NCBI RefSeq assembly: GCF_018977255.1
Contig: NW_024704743.1
Span: forward strand, 80,044,001 to 80,108,000
Reading direction: 5' to 3'
Length of the DNA stretch: 64,000 bases
Source: Callorhinchus milii
Taxonomy: Eukaryota
The notes beneath the pieces were generated by a model. It had not been told where the DNA came from. It made no database searches and worked only from the letters and a program-made list of their open reading frames with translations. The translations under genes and the position numbers were made by a program. How positions within the stretch are numbered: the stretch's first letter is position 1; every line of letters starts with the position of its first letter. Shown here piece after piece: positions 63,522 through 64,000 of the stretch.

Positions 63522-64000
63522 CAAATTACTTTATAGTGAACACTGTAATGATCTTTTGAAGATGTGATAAGGAGATATATCAAATGCAAGGATTATTAAC
63601 ATTATGGGGCTTGAACTTGTTGAAACAAGCAATAAAGAGATGCTGGAAACTCATGCAAAAATAAGAGGAAAAAGTAAGGATTAGGCCACAAGATCACACC
63701 AATAATGCCAGTGCAAAGATAGAGTGAATACAATTGAGAATGCGTATCCACGGAGAGAGGGAGATTGTTGATATTGATTGCATCTCGTACAATAAACTGG
63801 AGAAGATCCACCTGTTTGGCGCCAAAGTTGTGTGGTCCAAGGTTTCAATTGGCAATGTGGCAACTCAGGACTTAGCAACCAGGGACTTGCTCTGTGCTGC
63901 CAGAGTCCCCAACAATGATCTCAAGAGGACCATGTTGGTCAGTCATATTCGTCTACGACTATTGATGGGTTTGGTAGCCACACGACAGTTATTCACTGGG

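Noticed and set aside
1..64000. CRISPR array, operon or prokaryotic defence system
   Set aside because: Sequence is vertebrate and LINE/SINE-rich; recurring motifs are dispersed retroposon tails, not regularly spaced repeat-spacer units

Overview
Vertebrate, repeat-dense, apparently intronic or intergenic DNA. The repeat content points to a cartilaginous fish, most plausibly a chimaera (inferred from repeat families only). No host protein-coding gene can be supported: nearly all ORFs in the track are fragments of L2- and CR1-clade LINE ORF2 (reverse transcriptase) or chance frames through SINEs. Most of the window consists of (i) 5'-truncated L2-like LINEs with (TTG)n tails, (ii) CR1-like LINE 3' ends, (iii) a tRNA-headed Deu-domain SINE, (iv) a younger tRNA-Ala-like SINE sharing the same 3' region and an L2-type stem-loop tail, and (v) several old MITE or unclassified repeat families. 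The most notable element is a ~224-bp palindromic insert at 33036-33259, flanked by a 15-bp direct repeat inside a CR1 copy, that carries a minimal hammerhead-ribozyme core of the Penelope-like type. Also notable: four antisense SINE-into-SINE insertions in the same short target window, apparent SINE/LINE tail exchange, two CTCF-like motifs and a few weak exon candidates. Repeat boundaries were read by eye and are approximate (+/- 10-20 bp) unless a TSD or motif is quoted.
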